Source of the DNA: Bacteroidales bacterium | GTDB taxonomy: Bacteria > Bacteroidota > Bacteroidia > Bacteroidales > WCHB1-69 | DNA length: 64,000 nt | Reading direction: 5' to 3' | NCBI GenBank assembly: GCA_017962275.1 | Contig: JAGCVQ010000089.1 | Coordinates: forward strand, 62-64,061 | In this document: positions 25,901-33,135 of the stretch, one piece after another | Position numbering within the stretch: position 1 is the first letter of the stretch | How the letters are laid out: each line of letters starts with the position of its first letter | The notes under the pieces: generated by a model | The model's input: only the letters and a program-made list of their open reading frames with translations | Told to the model about the DNA's origin: nothing | The model's database searches: none | Made by a program: the position numbers and the translations under genes

Positions 25901-27950
25901 CGCAACAAGTTGCGACAGTTACACCTGGAATGGCATCACCTATTCACAATCGGGTAACTATACGCAGAACTTCACGGCGGTTAATGGTAACGACTCCATT
26001 GTTACGCTACATCTCACCATCAATTACTCGGTGTCTGAGGTTGTCGAAGTCACTGCTTGCGACAGCTACGAGTGGAACGGCCAAACCTACACATCTTCTG
26101 GCAACTACACCCAAACCTTCATCGCGGCAAACGAATGTGACTCGGTTGTGACGTTGAATCTCACAGTCAACCCCTCGGTGTCTGAGGTTGTCGAAGCCAC
26201 TGCTTGCGACTCGTACCTATGGAACGACAGCAACTACACAGTTTCTGGTGACTATATCCAAATCTTCACTGCAGCAAATGGCTGCGATTCTGTGGTTACC
26301 CTGCACCTTACAATCAACCACCCGGTGGCAGAGTTTGTCGAAACCACCGTCTGCGACAGCTATGAATGGAACGGACAATCATATGTCACTTCTGGTGATT
26401 ACACGCAGACTTTCACCGCCGCTAATGGCTGTGATTCCGTCGTGACGCTACACCTAATTGTGAATGACACCAAACACGTCGAGTTCGCAGATTCCACCTG
26501 TACCACATATACTTGGAATGGTCAGAGCTACGCGCAGAGTGGTGATTATACGCAAAACTTCACGGCTGCCAACGGTTGCGACTCTGTGGTGACACTTCAT
26601 CTGACCATCGTTCCTACAATTACGCCCGTAATTGCCGTTAACGGCAGCTTGACTGCCTGTGGTAACGGCTCCGCCACATTGACGGTGCCGGGTAACTACA
26701 GCAACTTCGTATGGTCAACAGGGGCTGTTTCTTCTGCACTCACAGTCAACGAGGCAGGTTACTACTGGGTCACCGCCACGGATGTTTATGGATGTGAGGG
26801 CGTTTCTGAAATGGTGCAGTTGGGTGGTAGTGTGCAGATTGACGAGACCCCGGCCATCTGTATGGTAGGGGTGGACAACGATCACAATCTTGTGGTATGG
26901 GAACCGCTTACCGATCCTGATGTTTCTGAATATCGTATCTATCGTGAGGACGGTCAAGCGAATATCTTTGAACCGCTCGCCGTAATTCCCGCCAGCAATA
27001 GCAACGCTTACGTAGATGCTACTGCTGATCCCTCTGTTAGAGCTTACCGCTACAAAATCACGGCGGCAGATACCTGCGGTGGAGAAACTCCGATGAGCGC
27101 ATTCCACAAGACGGTACATCTCACCATCAACCAGGGATTGGGTAACAGCTACAACCTGATATGGACTCCTTACGAAGGATTCGAGTTCTCCAGCTACAAG
27201 CTCTATCGTGGAACAGCCAACAATAATCTGCAGCTCATCCAAACGATGCCTTCCACGTTAACTTCTTACACGGACAACAACCCGGCTGGTGATGCACTAT
27301 TCTACCAAATCGAGGTGGTCATGACGGAAAGTTGCGTGCAACAGACCCGTGATATCACATACACGGGTGCGCGCTCGAACATCGTCTATAATGGTGTGGC
27401 TGTCACTACAGAAGTGACAATTGAAGCTTGCGATAGTTACGATTGGAATGGTCAGATTCTGACCTCGTCAGGTGACTATACACAGAATTTTGTCTCCGAG
27501 TTGGGCTACGATTCCGTCGTCACCCTCCATCTCACCATTAATCCCTCGGTGACTGAGGTTATCGAAGTCACTACTCTCGACTCCTGCTATACTTGGAACG
27601 GCCAAGACTACTGTACCTCCGGCACCTACACCCAAACCCTCCAGACCGTCCATGGTTGCGATTCAGTGGTGACAATGCACCTCACCATCACAGTTGGTGT
27701 TAACGATTACGACGGTTTCGATTTCAAGGTTTACCCGAATCCTACCACCGGCGTTGTCAATGTCCAAATCACCAATCACAATTCCCCCATCACAGAATTC
27801 CATGTGTTTGATGCGTATGGGAAATTAATCCGTGTGGTGGACGTGCAGACAACACAGATTGACCTGTCCGGTTTTGCCTCCGGCGTCTATTTCATCAAGG
27901 CCGTTTCGGACGGCAACGTGGTGGCCGTGCGGAAGGTGGTGAAACAATAA
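19998..27950 (+). CDS. 2650-aa T9SS-sorted modular cell-surface protein
   Basis: The signal peptide is MKKTKHCFSLLIMMMGIMGLFAQE. An N-terminal region of ~1100 aa has no motif I recognise. At least 14 two-Cys ~49-aa modules follow (CDSYxWNGxxYxxSGxYTQxFTAANGCDSVVTLHLTIN), together with Ig-like modules (TGxTxxCxGxxxTLTAxGGxSYxW...) and FN3-like segments. The C-terminus (KVYPNPTTGVVNV...GVYFIKAV) is a T9SS type-A sorting domain. Confidence 0.9.
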   Translation: MKKTKHCFSLLIMMMGIMGLFAQEANNLYPKVKRLEGQGNGGNWLEITEQTRDNIMSGAPWKVQQVEYEHGASPVVVRVTNPSELKPYEYYLSLNDYDNFWKLKWYDSTGTQLGEYMSQYTIEEGKEEIVEGHGIAITMKNHPFSIHDKNLAFHVSTHGGNTYQNYTHYAQPDLIGSQVIYHGDVQWLDGLKDAETSTPDNWIRAGHYKSTHYWVCYSGQPSMAECDYSKWRTEDFFNLYNTTTTWGGTNSTRGYMDYYGQYEHVAQGSWAPYMLSSPYDGGPKAQFLTKDVIFGNNMPSPAYYDFRFLESVPNRSRYNQTLTNLYSVDIIFTPDTSLWTRALVLESGSGTVESNYKVIQHFNGQTYQNIRHEPKACPSVDKNGNPDNSGTYGFGWFPGYAINVETGERLNIMFAENSEDEYNHGNDMIFNPTNVYAFRKNNEDNYILDDAGNPIPMTQEEYNALYSSSLCDHEILGEPLYGGRHYVYICGSSGNTCNVAQQRNYNNDGYTTTVQGVSHGGVFTGSDGVSYPYYECGVYDEGKWLKEKFNTLYETDYDRNSRKAKKMQVFNNVMWTGIPMPKQGLETEWLANEATVSIRVSRPFMKYTSAVGTGPDHPVNNNAPLFSFTTNDLYVAQSHNLFDLSNIIVSCDNRIDVNNIDAPVSPHSGAWFYDEETHNADYVVPKGADKRPLFNYSFWMGGKDGQNNLHVFAERFRQQGYETWPGPLSTIDASIDEETLRKWDRTFKITRKEVLEFMACRQNPEYTVPQHILEWPAHGDTTKGQAWLLAPFIDIDGDNHYDPTQGDYPDFPGDMAQFVIFNDNYAQHGESQGAPMGVEVHVMVYAFDAPEDSIMNNTLFIKYKLFNRSQNEYHQTYIGLWNDWDLGYAYDDYVGCDVMKNTAYCYNGSEIDGTGQYWAYDSLWPVQTLTLLSGPLMPADGQDNPAYTSSSDCSTFMNNGLNEYGINGTDGFGDGIVDNERYGLTGFVYHANDYSVTSDPQFAAEYYNLMRGVWKDGSHVRYGGNGHTSNGGNGPECNFMFPALTDNCNLGTHGVDPNSSQYGTDGWTEANVGNEPSDRRGLASVGPFNLEAGGVQELELCLVTIPHSYAVTPNGITLDSLYRINPQYHSQQLVTPIVNNVYDTICEGDSINFFGTIYREAGSFPHLVPNSSHTDEIADTIHYLHLTVTPTYTFHEVSACDSLVWNDSTYTSSMEYIQSFTTENGCEFQVIQRLTVTNTHNVEYASLICDDYYWHGHPYREPGTYTYEYVTANGCQGTDTLHLERDTTIVNDTVFGYYYYNSNGTTISIKGQKYLYQYIIAPDKYAQWADSMLTTFEWIDSTYISLAYDSSTNIASFSYIEVYDYRNLPGDNSIWEDFYLDRTYKDSTYYDVFDTLTGLSSIGCDSTVVWNTRIMFKDIQYLYNEECGNYIWQGDSLFISGTTSTGTTIVGFASGDSLTESGTYYQNLTNVSGSDSTVTRYLIIHPTVFDEITYVGCENHTFNDISYTESGVYTFNYDTTLTITRNLFWNNNQYQWGYWNSLGLFCANRPKGWSNRYSSYVDGEYVHYYYDANGVVHYLNSPDQVVQYMDTVKACKLLTLDLTINHSVTNTFEVTACDSYTWNDSTYTTSGEYVQTFTSANGCDSTVTLQLTINESKHTDTTAESCGSYTWNETTYTSSGEYIQNFTAANGCDSTVTLQLTILPLPTPNITGVTTVCEGQTATLNATGGVSYLWEDGTTTNTYPATVSGLYTVTVTNAEGCSATASTTVTVNPLPEVAITGNTAICPGGSTVLTATGADSYQWSNGSTNPSIPVNMFGQYSVIGTSSAGCFSTASVTVLVSQPPVITISGNTDICAGESTTLTANGGVSYMWSNGSTADTLVAITAGNWQVIGYNADGCSNMASVTVNVWQPASSDLYITAFDSCYMWFGTPRCESGDYTHTLQTIHGCDSVIILHLTLEDAITTEFSATSCDSYTWNGITYSQSGNYTQNFTAVNGNDSIVTLHLTINYSVSEVVEVTACDSYEWNGQTYTSSGNYTQTFIAANECDSVVTLNLTVNPSVSEVVEATACDSYLWNDSNYTVSGDYIQIFTAANGCDSVVTLHLTINHPVAEFVETTVCDSYEWNGQSYVTSGDYTQTFTAANGCDSVVTLHLIVNDTKHVEFADSTCTTYTWNGQSYAQSGDYTQNFTAANGCDSVVTLHLTIVPTITPVIAVNGSLTACGNGSATLTVPGNYSNFVWSTGAVSSALTVNEAGYYWVTATDVYGCEGVSEMVQLGGSVQIDETPAICMVGVDNDHNLVVWEPLTDPDVSEYRIYREDGQANIFEPLAVIPASNSNAYVDATADPSVRAYRYKITAADTCGGETPMSAFHKTVHLTINQGLGNSYNLIWTPYEGFEFSSYKLYRGTANNNLQLIQTMPSTLTSYTDNNPAGDALFYQIEVVMTESCVQQTRDITYTGARSNIVYNGVAVTTEVTIEACDSYDWNGQILTSSGDYTQNFVSELGYDSVVTLHLTINPSVTEVIEVTTLDSCYTWNGQDYCTSGTYTQTLQTVHGCDSVVTMHLTITVGVNDYDGFDFKVYPNPTTGVVNVQITNHNSPITEFHVFDAYGKLIRVVDVQTTQIDLSGFASGVYFIKAVSDGNVVAVRKVVKQ
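25885..26620 (+). repeat. Five tandem 147-bp coding repeats inside the 2650-aa gene
   Basis: The TG(C/T)GAC..TA....TGGAA cores recur at about 25908, 26055, 26202, 26349 and 26496, an exact 147-bp period. Further dispersed copies occur at about 24835, 24985, 25760, 27421 and 27575. Confidence 0.85.
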
Positions 27951-27974
27951 TACTGAGTGTATGCATATATTTTG

Positions 27975-28009
27975 ACAACGGTTGCTGGCAATTTACTAGC
28001 AACCGTTGT
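27975..28009 (+). terminator. Stem-loop terminator after the 2650-aa gene
   Basis: ACAACGGTTGCT-(11 nt)-AGCAACCGTTGT forms a perfect 12-bp stem beginning 25 nt after the stop, followed by a short T-rich TTTCAATCCTTT stretch. Confidence 0.6.
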
Positions 28010-28096
28010 TTCAATCCTTTCCGCCCATACGGACCGAGTAGTTTATTAGATTATTAGAAAAAAAAATCAACGAATGTTGTGGTATTAAAAAAAATG

Positions 28097-28104
28097 TATT
28101 TTTG
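28097..28104 (+). promoter_or_regulatory. -7 box TATTTTTG, tRNA-like RNA
   Basis: The context is AAAAAAAATGTATTTTTGCAG. No ORF lies downstream. Confidence 0.7.
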
Positions 28105-28110
28105 CAGTCG

Positions 28111-28200
28111 AAACGTTGGTTGATGGTCGCAACATGGTAGCGGGGGTGACTCATAACAATGGGCCACTATATTGAGGGTTCGACTCCCTCCGCCAGCGCA
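28111..28200 (+). ncRNA. Candidate small RNA with a tRNA-like 3' half. It is not a foldable canonical tRNA.
   Basis: A strong promoter (AAAAAAAATGTATTTTTGCAG) lies upstream and an intrinsic terminator at 28203-28229 lies downstream. The body contains a perfect T-arm (GAGGG-TTCGACT-CCCTC) followed by an acceptor-like CGCCAGC-G. It also contains the heptamer CTCATAA, identical to a CAU anticodon loop. The 5' GTTGGTT pairs with the acceptor-like strand at only 6 of 7 positions, two of them G-U. I could not build D or anticodon stems. Confidence 0.4.
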
Positions 28201-28202
28201 AA

Positions 28203-28229
28203 AGAGGGTGCTTTCGCATCCTCTTTTTT
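28203..28229. terminator. Bidirectional intrinsic terminator
   Basis: AGAGGGTGC-TTTC-GCATCCTCT is followed by TTTTT on the + strand. On the - strand the same hairpin follows the stop of 28228-28737 and is followed by TTTT. Confidence 0.7.
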
Positions 28230-28737
28230 ATCGAATTAGTCGATATTGCCCTCCCCGCATATTCTCACATTGCACAATGCCCCACGATTTAGCTAAGTTC
28301 ACCACAACCCCTTGATTTTTGAAATTTGGTTCAACCACCACTTTCACTAAACGGTTGCCCTGGTATGGGTAGGAGCACACATACACAAGGCGCTTTTGGA
28401 CCGTATCCTCATATATGTGTGTAGGATCCTTCAAAGTCGCTTCTATGACCCCATAATCTTCTATAGGAATATTCGCTCCCTTTCTCGTCTTCGGATGATT
28501 TCGGTACTTGAAGATTTGCCGCTGCGTTACAACAACATCTTTGGACAACAATTCAACGCCTCTCGTTTTCATATCATTCAAGATTGTTGGCGCGATGTCA
28601 CAAACACGACATACTGTTCCGCCACCACGTCCCTTTGTAAGTATATCATTTGCAAATTCACAAAGCGTTCCTTTATAATATTTTGGTTTACAATGTCTTG
28701 AGTTTACGTCTGAGACACTGGTCTCTTTTGTTTGCAT
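28228..28737 (-). CDS. Hypothetical protein, possibly a PBECR/Barnase-EndoU-like toxin-nuclease fold (weak call)
   Basis: 169 aa, with its own -7 box at 28791-28798. The segment VVVTQRQIFKYRNHPKTRKG...LVKVVVEPN resembles nuclease modules of polyvalent mobile-element proteins. That resemblance is judged by eye only. GC is lower than in the neighbouring genes. Confidence 0.5.
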   Translation of the reverse strand: MQTKETSVSDVNSRHCKPKYYKGTLCEFANDILTKGRGGGTVCRVCDIAPTILNDMKTRGVELLSKDVVVTQRQIFKYRNHPKTRKGANIPIEDYGVIEATLKDPTHIYEDTVQKRLVYVCSYPYQGNRLVKVVVEPNFKNQGVVVNLAKSWGIVQCENMRGGQYRLIR

Positions 28738-28790
28738 AGCGGCGATATTTATAATTATTTCGATACAATGGGTTTTAATATTTTATTCGG

Positions 28791-28798
28791 CAAAAATA
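28791..28798 (-). promoter_or_regulatory. -7 box TATTTTTG, gene 28228-28737
   Basis: The reverse complement reads GTTGTATTTTTGCCG. It lies 53 nt upstream of the ATG. Confidence 0.6.
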
Positions 28799-28986
28799 CA
28801 ACAGATTTTACATTCTGCCAATACTTTTAATGTTTTTTCTCCGAATCTGATTGCCAGTTATTTAGAATTTTTCTTAACAATTCTATCTCTGAATAGTTAA
28901 TTTTTTGGATGCGTTTTTCGCGTCCCACTGCTGCTATCGTCGCCAACTCATTTTTCACCTCCCCGCCTCCGTTAAACAAAAAATTG

Positions 28987-28994
28987 TACCTTTG
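28987..28994 (+). promoter_or_regulatory. -7 box TACCTTTG, ettA
   Basis: The context is AAAAAATTGTACCTTTGCCGC. It lies 18 nt upstream of ATG 29013. Confidence 0.75.
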
Positions 28995-29012
28995 CCGCTC
29001 AAAATTGACAGT

Positions 29013-30692
29013 ATGGCAGACGACAAAAAAATAATCTTCTCGATGGTGAACGTCAGCAAGACGTTTCCGCCTCAAAAACAAGTGCTTAAGAACATATACC
29101 TCTCCTTCTTCTATGGAGCGAAGATCGGCGTGCTGGGTCTCAACGGCGCGGGAAAGTCCTCGCTGCTGAAGATCATCGCGGGAATCGACAAGTCCTACCA
29201 GGGCGAGGTGGTCTTCGCGCCGGGCTACTCGGTGGGCTACCTGCCGCAGGAACCGCAGATCGACGACAACCTCACCGTCAAGGAGGTGGTGATGCAGGGC
29301 GTGCAACCCATCGTGGATGTATTAAAAGAATATGAAGAGGTGAACATGAAGTTTGCGGAGCCGATGAGCGACGACGAGATGAACAAACTCATCGAACGGC
29401 AGGGCGAGCTTACCGACCTCATTGAACAGTATGACGCATGGGAGCTCGATTCCAAGTTGGAACGTGCCATGGACGCGCTGCGCTGTCCCGACGGCGACAC
29501 CCCCGCCAAGAACCTCTCGGGAGGTGAGCGTCGCCGTGTGGCCCTTTGCCGCCTGCTGCTTACCGAACCCGACATTCTGCTTTTGGACGAGCCTACCAAC
29601 CACCTCGATGCCGAGTCGGTGGAATGGTTAGAGGCTCATTTACAGCAATATAAGGGTACGGTCATCGCCGTTACCCACGACCGCTACTTCCTCGACCATG
29701 TGGCCGGCTGGATTCTCGAACTCGACCGCGGGGAGGGCATCCCGTGGCAGGGCAACTACAGCTCGTGGCTGGAGCAGAAGGCCAACCGTCTCGCCATGGA
29801 ACAGAAACAGGAGAGCAAGCGCATGAAGACGCTGGAGCGCGAGTTGGAGTGGGTGCGCATGGCCCCGAAAGCGCGCCACGCCAAGTCGAAGGCCCGTCTG
29901 AATGCTTACGACAAACTCCTCAACGAGGACGTGAAGGAGAAAGAAGAGAAACTGCAGATATTCATTCCCAACGGTCCGCGTTTGGGCAACAACGTCATCG
30001 AGGCGTGCCACGTGCGCAAGGCCTTCGGTGACAAGTTGCTGTTCGAGGATCTCAACTTCAACTTGCCGCCCAACGGCATTGTGGGCGTCATCGGTCCGAA
30101 CGGCGCGGGCAAGACCACCCTCTTCCGCCTCATCATGGGCTTAGAGCAGCCCGACAGCGGCGATTTCAAGGTCGGGGAGACCGTGAAAGTGGGTTACGTG
30201 GACCAGCAGCACACGGTCATCGATCCCGAGAAGAGTGTTTGGGAGGTGGTTTCCGAGGGCAACGAGCAGATCATGATGGGCGGACGGCTCATCAATTCGC
30301 GGGCCTACCTGTCGCGGTTCAACTTCAGCGGCACCGACCAAAGCAAGAAGGCCGGCGTACTCTCCGGCGGTGAGCGCAACCGTCTGCATCTCGCTCTCAC
30401 GCTGAAGTCGGAAGCCAACGTGCTACTCTTGGACGAACCTACTAACGATATCGACGTCAACACGTTGCGGGCGTTGGAAGAAGGTCTGGAGAACTTCGCG
30501 GGCTGTGCCGTGGTGATCTCCCACGACCGCTGGTTCCTCGACCGTATCTGCACCCACATCCTCGCTTTCGAGGGCGACTCGCAGGTCTATTTCTACGAGG
30601 GCAGTTACACCGAATATGAGGAGAACAAGAAGATGCGTCTCGGCAACGAGGCTCCGAAGCGGATTCGCTATAAGAAGATTACGGTGATTTAG
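29013..30692 (+). CDS. ettA: Energy-dependent translational throttle ABC-F ATPase EttA
   Basis: It begins MADDKKIIFSMVNVSKTFPP and has two ABC cassettes (GLNGAGKSSLL/LSGGERRRVAL and GPNGAGKTTLF/LSGGERNRLHLA). ATG 29013 lies 18 nt after the -7 box at 28987-28994, so I reject the track start at 28905. Confidence 0.92.
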   Translation: MADDKKIIFSMVNVSKTFPPQKQVLKNIYLSFFYGAKIGVLGLNGAGKSSLLKIIAGIDKSYQGEVVFAPGYSVGYLPQEPQIDDNLTVKEVVMQGVQPIVDVLKEYEEVNMKFAEPMSDDEMNKLIERQGELTDLIEQYDAWELDSKLERAMDALRCPDGDTPAKNLSGGERRRVALCRLLLTEPDILLLDEPTNHLDAESVEWLEAHLQQYKGTVIAVTHDRYFLDHVAGWILELDRGEGIPWQGNYSSWLEQKANRLAMEQKQESKRMKTLERELEWVRMAPKARHAKSKARLNAYDKLLNEDVKEKEEKLQIFIPNGPRLGNNVIEACHVRKAFGDKLLFEDLNFNLPPNGIVGVIGPNGAGKTTLFRLIMGLEQPDSGDFKVGETVKVGYVDQQHTVIDPEKSVWEVVSEGNEQIMMGGRLINSRAYLSRFNFSGTDQSKKAGVLSGGERNRLHLALTLKSEANVLLLDEPTNDIDVNTLRALEEGLENFAGCAVVISHDRWFLDRICTHILAFEGDSQVYFYEGSYTEYEENKKMRLGNEAPKRIRYKKITVI

Positions 30693-30756
30693 GGTTACAT
30701 GGTTACATGGTTACACGGTTAGATGGTTACATGGTTACATGGTTAGATGGTGAAAT
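30693..30756. repeat. Octamer array, 8 units (GGTTACAT)
   Basis: It starts at the base after the ettA TAG. The units run GGTTACAT x2, GGTTACAC, GGTTAGAT, GGTTACAT x2, GGTTAGAT, GGTGAAAT. Confidence 0.9.
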
Positions 30757-30781
30757 GCATAAGACGGTTCGACCTGTTGGG

Positions 30782-30814
30782 ATAATTATCAATTATCCAT
30801 TATCAATTATCCAT
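30782..30814. repeat. Heptamer array, 4 to 5 units (TATCMAT)
   Basis: ATAAT TATCAAT TATCCAT TATCAAT TATCCAT lies just upstream of the -7 box at 30827. Confidence 0.8.
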
Positions 30815-30826
30815 TCAAAAAATGTG

Positions 30827-30834
30827 TATCTTTG
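30827..30834 (+). promoter_or_regulatory. -7 box TATCTTTG, lipoprotein-tyrS unit
   Basis: The context is AAAAAATGTGTATCTTTGCCGC. It lies 23 nt upstream of the ATG. Confidence 0.75.
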
Positions 30835-30857
30835 CCGCTTGTTAAAATAAGGAATAT

Positions 30858-31250
30858 ATGAAACGTGGATTTTGGATTTTAATGATGGTATGCGCCGTGT
30901 TGACGACGGTCTCCTGCCAGAACAAAGCGAAGAAAAACACCCCTGAGGCGGCCACCGAACAGTTCGCCAAGGCCTTCTACACCGCTGATTTCACTCACAT
31001 GTACCAATACACGACCAAAAAGTCGGACATTGTGATAAAACAGCTCCAGAACGGAATGAAGGACAACACCGAGCGTCTTGAGGAGATGAAGAAAGCCAAG
31101 GTGGAATTCGTGAGTACTTCCGTGAACAATTTGACAGACTCCACCTGTTCCTGCGAATGCAAGATCCTTTTGAACGGCCAACCTCGTCAAAATCAATGGG
31201 ATCTCCTCAAAGAGGATGACCTTTGGAAAGTTACGCTGGTTCTCCCGTAA
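30858..31250 (+). CDS. Small lipoprotein of unknown function
   Basis: The lipobox is MKRGFWILMMVCAVLTTVSC. The protein is 130 aa. A -7 box lies 23 nt upstream. Confidence 0.6.
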   Translation: MKRGFWILMMVCAVLTTVSCQNKAKKNTPEAATEQFAKAFYTADFTHMYQYTTKKSDIVIKQLQNGMKDNTERLEEMKKAKVEFVSTSVNNLTDSTCSCECKILLNGQPRQNQWDLLKEDDLWKVTLVLP

Positions 31251-31255
31251 GCTTT

Positions 31256-31290
31256 AATAACCTATAACCCATAACCAATAACCATTAAGG
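31256..31290. repeat. Heptamer array, 5 units (NATAACC)
   Basis: The units are AATAACC TATAACC CATAACC AATAACC ATTAAGG. The array ends 3 nt before the tyrS ATG. Confidence 0.8.
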
Positions 31291-31293
31291 AAG

Positions 31294-32580
31294 ATGAATT
31301 TCGTACAAGAATTGAGATGGCGCGGCATGTTGCACGACATCATGCCCGGAACCGAAGAGTTGTTTAACAAAGAAGTCTGTTCCGTCTATCTGGGCATCGA
31401 CCCGACGGCGGATTCACTGCATATCGGCCATTTGGTGGGCATCATGATGCTCTCGCACCTGCAGCGTTGCGGCCACCGGCCTATTGCCTTGCTTGGCGGC
31501 GCTACCGGCATGATTGGCGATCCCTCCGGCAAGAGCCAAGAGCGTAACCTGCTGGACGAAGCGACGTTGCGTCACAACCAGGAGTGCATCAAGAAGCAGC
31601 TGAGCAAGTTCCTCGACTTCGACAGCAAGGAACCCAACGCAGCCCTGTTGGTCAACAATTACGACTGGATGAGCAAGTTCTCCTTCCTGGAGTTTATCCG
31701 CGATGTCGGCAAACACCTGACTGTCAACTATATGATGGCCAAGGATTCCGTGAAGAAGCGTTTCAACGGCGAAGGCGACGGCATGTCGTTCACCGAGTTC
31801 TCCTACCAGCTGGTACAGGGCTACGACTTTCTGCATCTCTACCAGACGCAGAACTGCAAGGTGCAGATGGGCGGCTCCGACCAGTGGGGCAACATCACCA
31901 CCGGCACGGAGCTCATCCGCCGTATGCTCAACGGCGAGGCCTACGCGCTCACCTGTCCGCTCATCACCAAGGCAGACGGCGGCAAGTTCGGCAAGACCGA
32001 GAAGGGCAACGTCTGGCTTGATCCCGCCCGCACCTCCCCGTATGCCTTCTACCAGTTCTGGCTCAACTGCTCCGACGACGACAGCAAGCGCTATATCCGC
32101 ATCTTCACTCACTTCATGAAGGAGGAAATCGAGGAAATGGAGCGTCAGCATGATGCCGAACCACATTTGCGTATCCTACAGAAGGCGCTGGCTAAGGATT
32201 TGACGGTGCGCGTGCACTCGCAAGAGGACTACGACGCGGCCGTCAACGCCTCCGAAATCCTCTTCGGCAAAGGCACTGCCGAGAACCTCGCGGCCCTCTC
32301 AGAGGAGATGTTCCTCTCTGTGTTCGAAGGTGTTCCGCAGTTCGAGGTGCCGATGTCCGTCCTCGACGAGACCTGCGGCGTGGTGGATTTCCTCGCCAAG
32401 CACACTCAGGTTTTCAATTCCAACGGCGAAGCCCGCCGTATGCTGAAAGACAACGGCGTCGCCATCAACAAGACCAAAGTGAAAGATGATAAAATGATGA
32501 CGAAAGACGACCTCCTCAACGGCAAATACGTCCTCGTCCAGAAAGGCAAGAAGAATTATTATATTGTGAAATTCATTTAA
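31294..32580 (+). CDS. tyrS: Tyrosine--tRNA ligase
   Basis: The HIGH region is [10 protein letters not shown] and the KMSKS-like motif is KFGKT. A C-terminal S4-like domain is present. 428 aa. Confidence 0.93.
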   Translation: MNFVQELRWRGMLHDIMPGTEELFNKEVCSVYLGIDPTADSLHIGHLVGIMMLSHLQRCGHRPIALLGGATGMIGDPSGKSQERNLLDEATLRHNQECIKKQLSKFLDFDSKEPNAALLVNNYDWMSKFSFLEFIRDVGKHLTVNYMMAKDSVKKRFNGEGDGMSFTEFSYQLVQGYDFLHLYQTQNCKVQMGGSDQWGNITTGTELIRRMLNGEAYALTCPLITKADGGKFGKTEKGNVWLDPARTSPYAFYQFWLNCSDDDSKRYIRIFTHFMKEEIEEMERQHDAEPHLRILQKALAKDLTVRVHSQEDYDAAVNASEILFGKGTAENLAALSEEMFLSVFEGVPQFEVPMSVLDETCGVVDFLAKHTQVFNSNGEARRMLKDNGVAINKTKVKDDKMMTKDDLLNGKYVLVQKGKKNYYIVKFI

Positions 32581-32586
32581 CCCATT

Positions 32587-32616
32587 TGTAGAGACGCAAT
32601 ATTTTGCGTCTCTACA
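32587..32616. repeat. REP type A (one arm mismatch)
   Basis: The sequence is TGTAGAGACGCAATATTTTGCGTCTCTACA. It begins 7 nt after the tyrS stop. Confidence 0.85.
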
Positions 32617-32622
32617 ACCCCT

Positions 32623-32654
32623 TAACCCTCTAACCCTCTAACCCTCTAACCTCA
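32623..32654. repeat. Octamer array, 4 units (TAACCCTC)
   Basis: TAACCCTC x3 plus TAACCTCA lies between the REP at 32587 and the nfeD ATG at 32659. Confidence 0.85.
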
Positions 32655-32658
32655 AATA

Positions 32659-33129
32659 ATGGGCTACATCAGTTTAATCCTCCTCATCCTCCTCGGCCTC
32701 GTCCTGATGATTCTGGATTTCCTCGTCATCCCCGGCGGGGTGGTGGCCATTCTCGGCGTGCTCTGCATGGTCGGGGGTGTGGTCACGTCGTTTGTGCAGT
32801 TTGGTACCACCGTGGGCATCCTGACCTTGGTGCTGACCGCAGTGATCACGCTCGGTTCGTTCTGGTTGATGATGCGGACGAAGACGTGGCGCAAACTGCA
32901 GCTTAAGACGCAGATTGACAGTAAGATGAACGAGGTGGATGAATCGAAGTTGGCAGAGGGTATGGAAGGCGTGGCGATTTCTCGTCTCGCTCCGACCGGC
33001 ACTGGACTTTTCGGCGATACCGAGGCCGAGGTGGTCTCCATGCAGGGTTTCATTGACCAAAACACGCCCATCGTGATTCACAAAATTGAAGGAAGCAAGA
33101 TTATCGTAGAAGTTTATCATCAAAATTAA
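32659..33129 (+). CDS. NfeD-family membrane protein
   Basis: The N-terminus is hydrophobic with several TM segments and the C-terminus forms an OB-like domain. It sits directly upstream of floA, the canonical pairing. Confidence 0.75.
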   Translation: MGYISLILLILLGLVLMILDFLVIPGGVVAILGVLCMVGGVVTSFVQFGTTVGILTLVLTAVITLGSFWLMMRTKTWRKLQLKTQIDSKMNEVDESKLAEGMEGVAISRLAPTGTGLFGDTEAEVVSMQGFIDQNTPIVIHKIEGSKIIVEVYHQN

Positions 33130-33135
33130 TACATT

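Noticed and set aside
28115-28198. A bona fide tRNA gene (Ser- or Met-like)
   Set aside because: Only the T-arm and the 3' acceptor strand are canonical. I could not form D or anticodon stems, and the putative acceptor needs two G-U pairs and a mismatch. I kept it as a tRNA-like candidate RNA instead.
28827-29306. A 159-aa minus-strand ORF upstream of and overlapping ettA
   Set aside because: It is antisense to the ettA 5' region and crosses the ettA promoter. It has no motifs.
30693-30756. A CRISPR array, considered for this and the other short tandem arrays
   Set aside because: The units are 7-12 nt and directly abut one another with no spacers. No cas genes are present. These are microsatellite-like arrays, not CRISPR.
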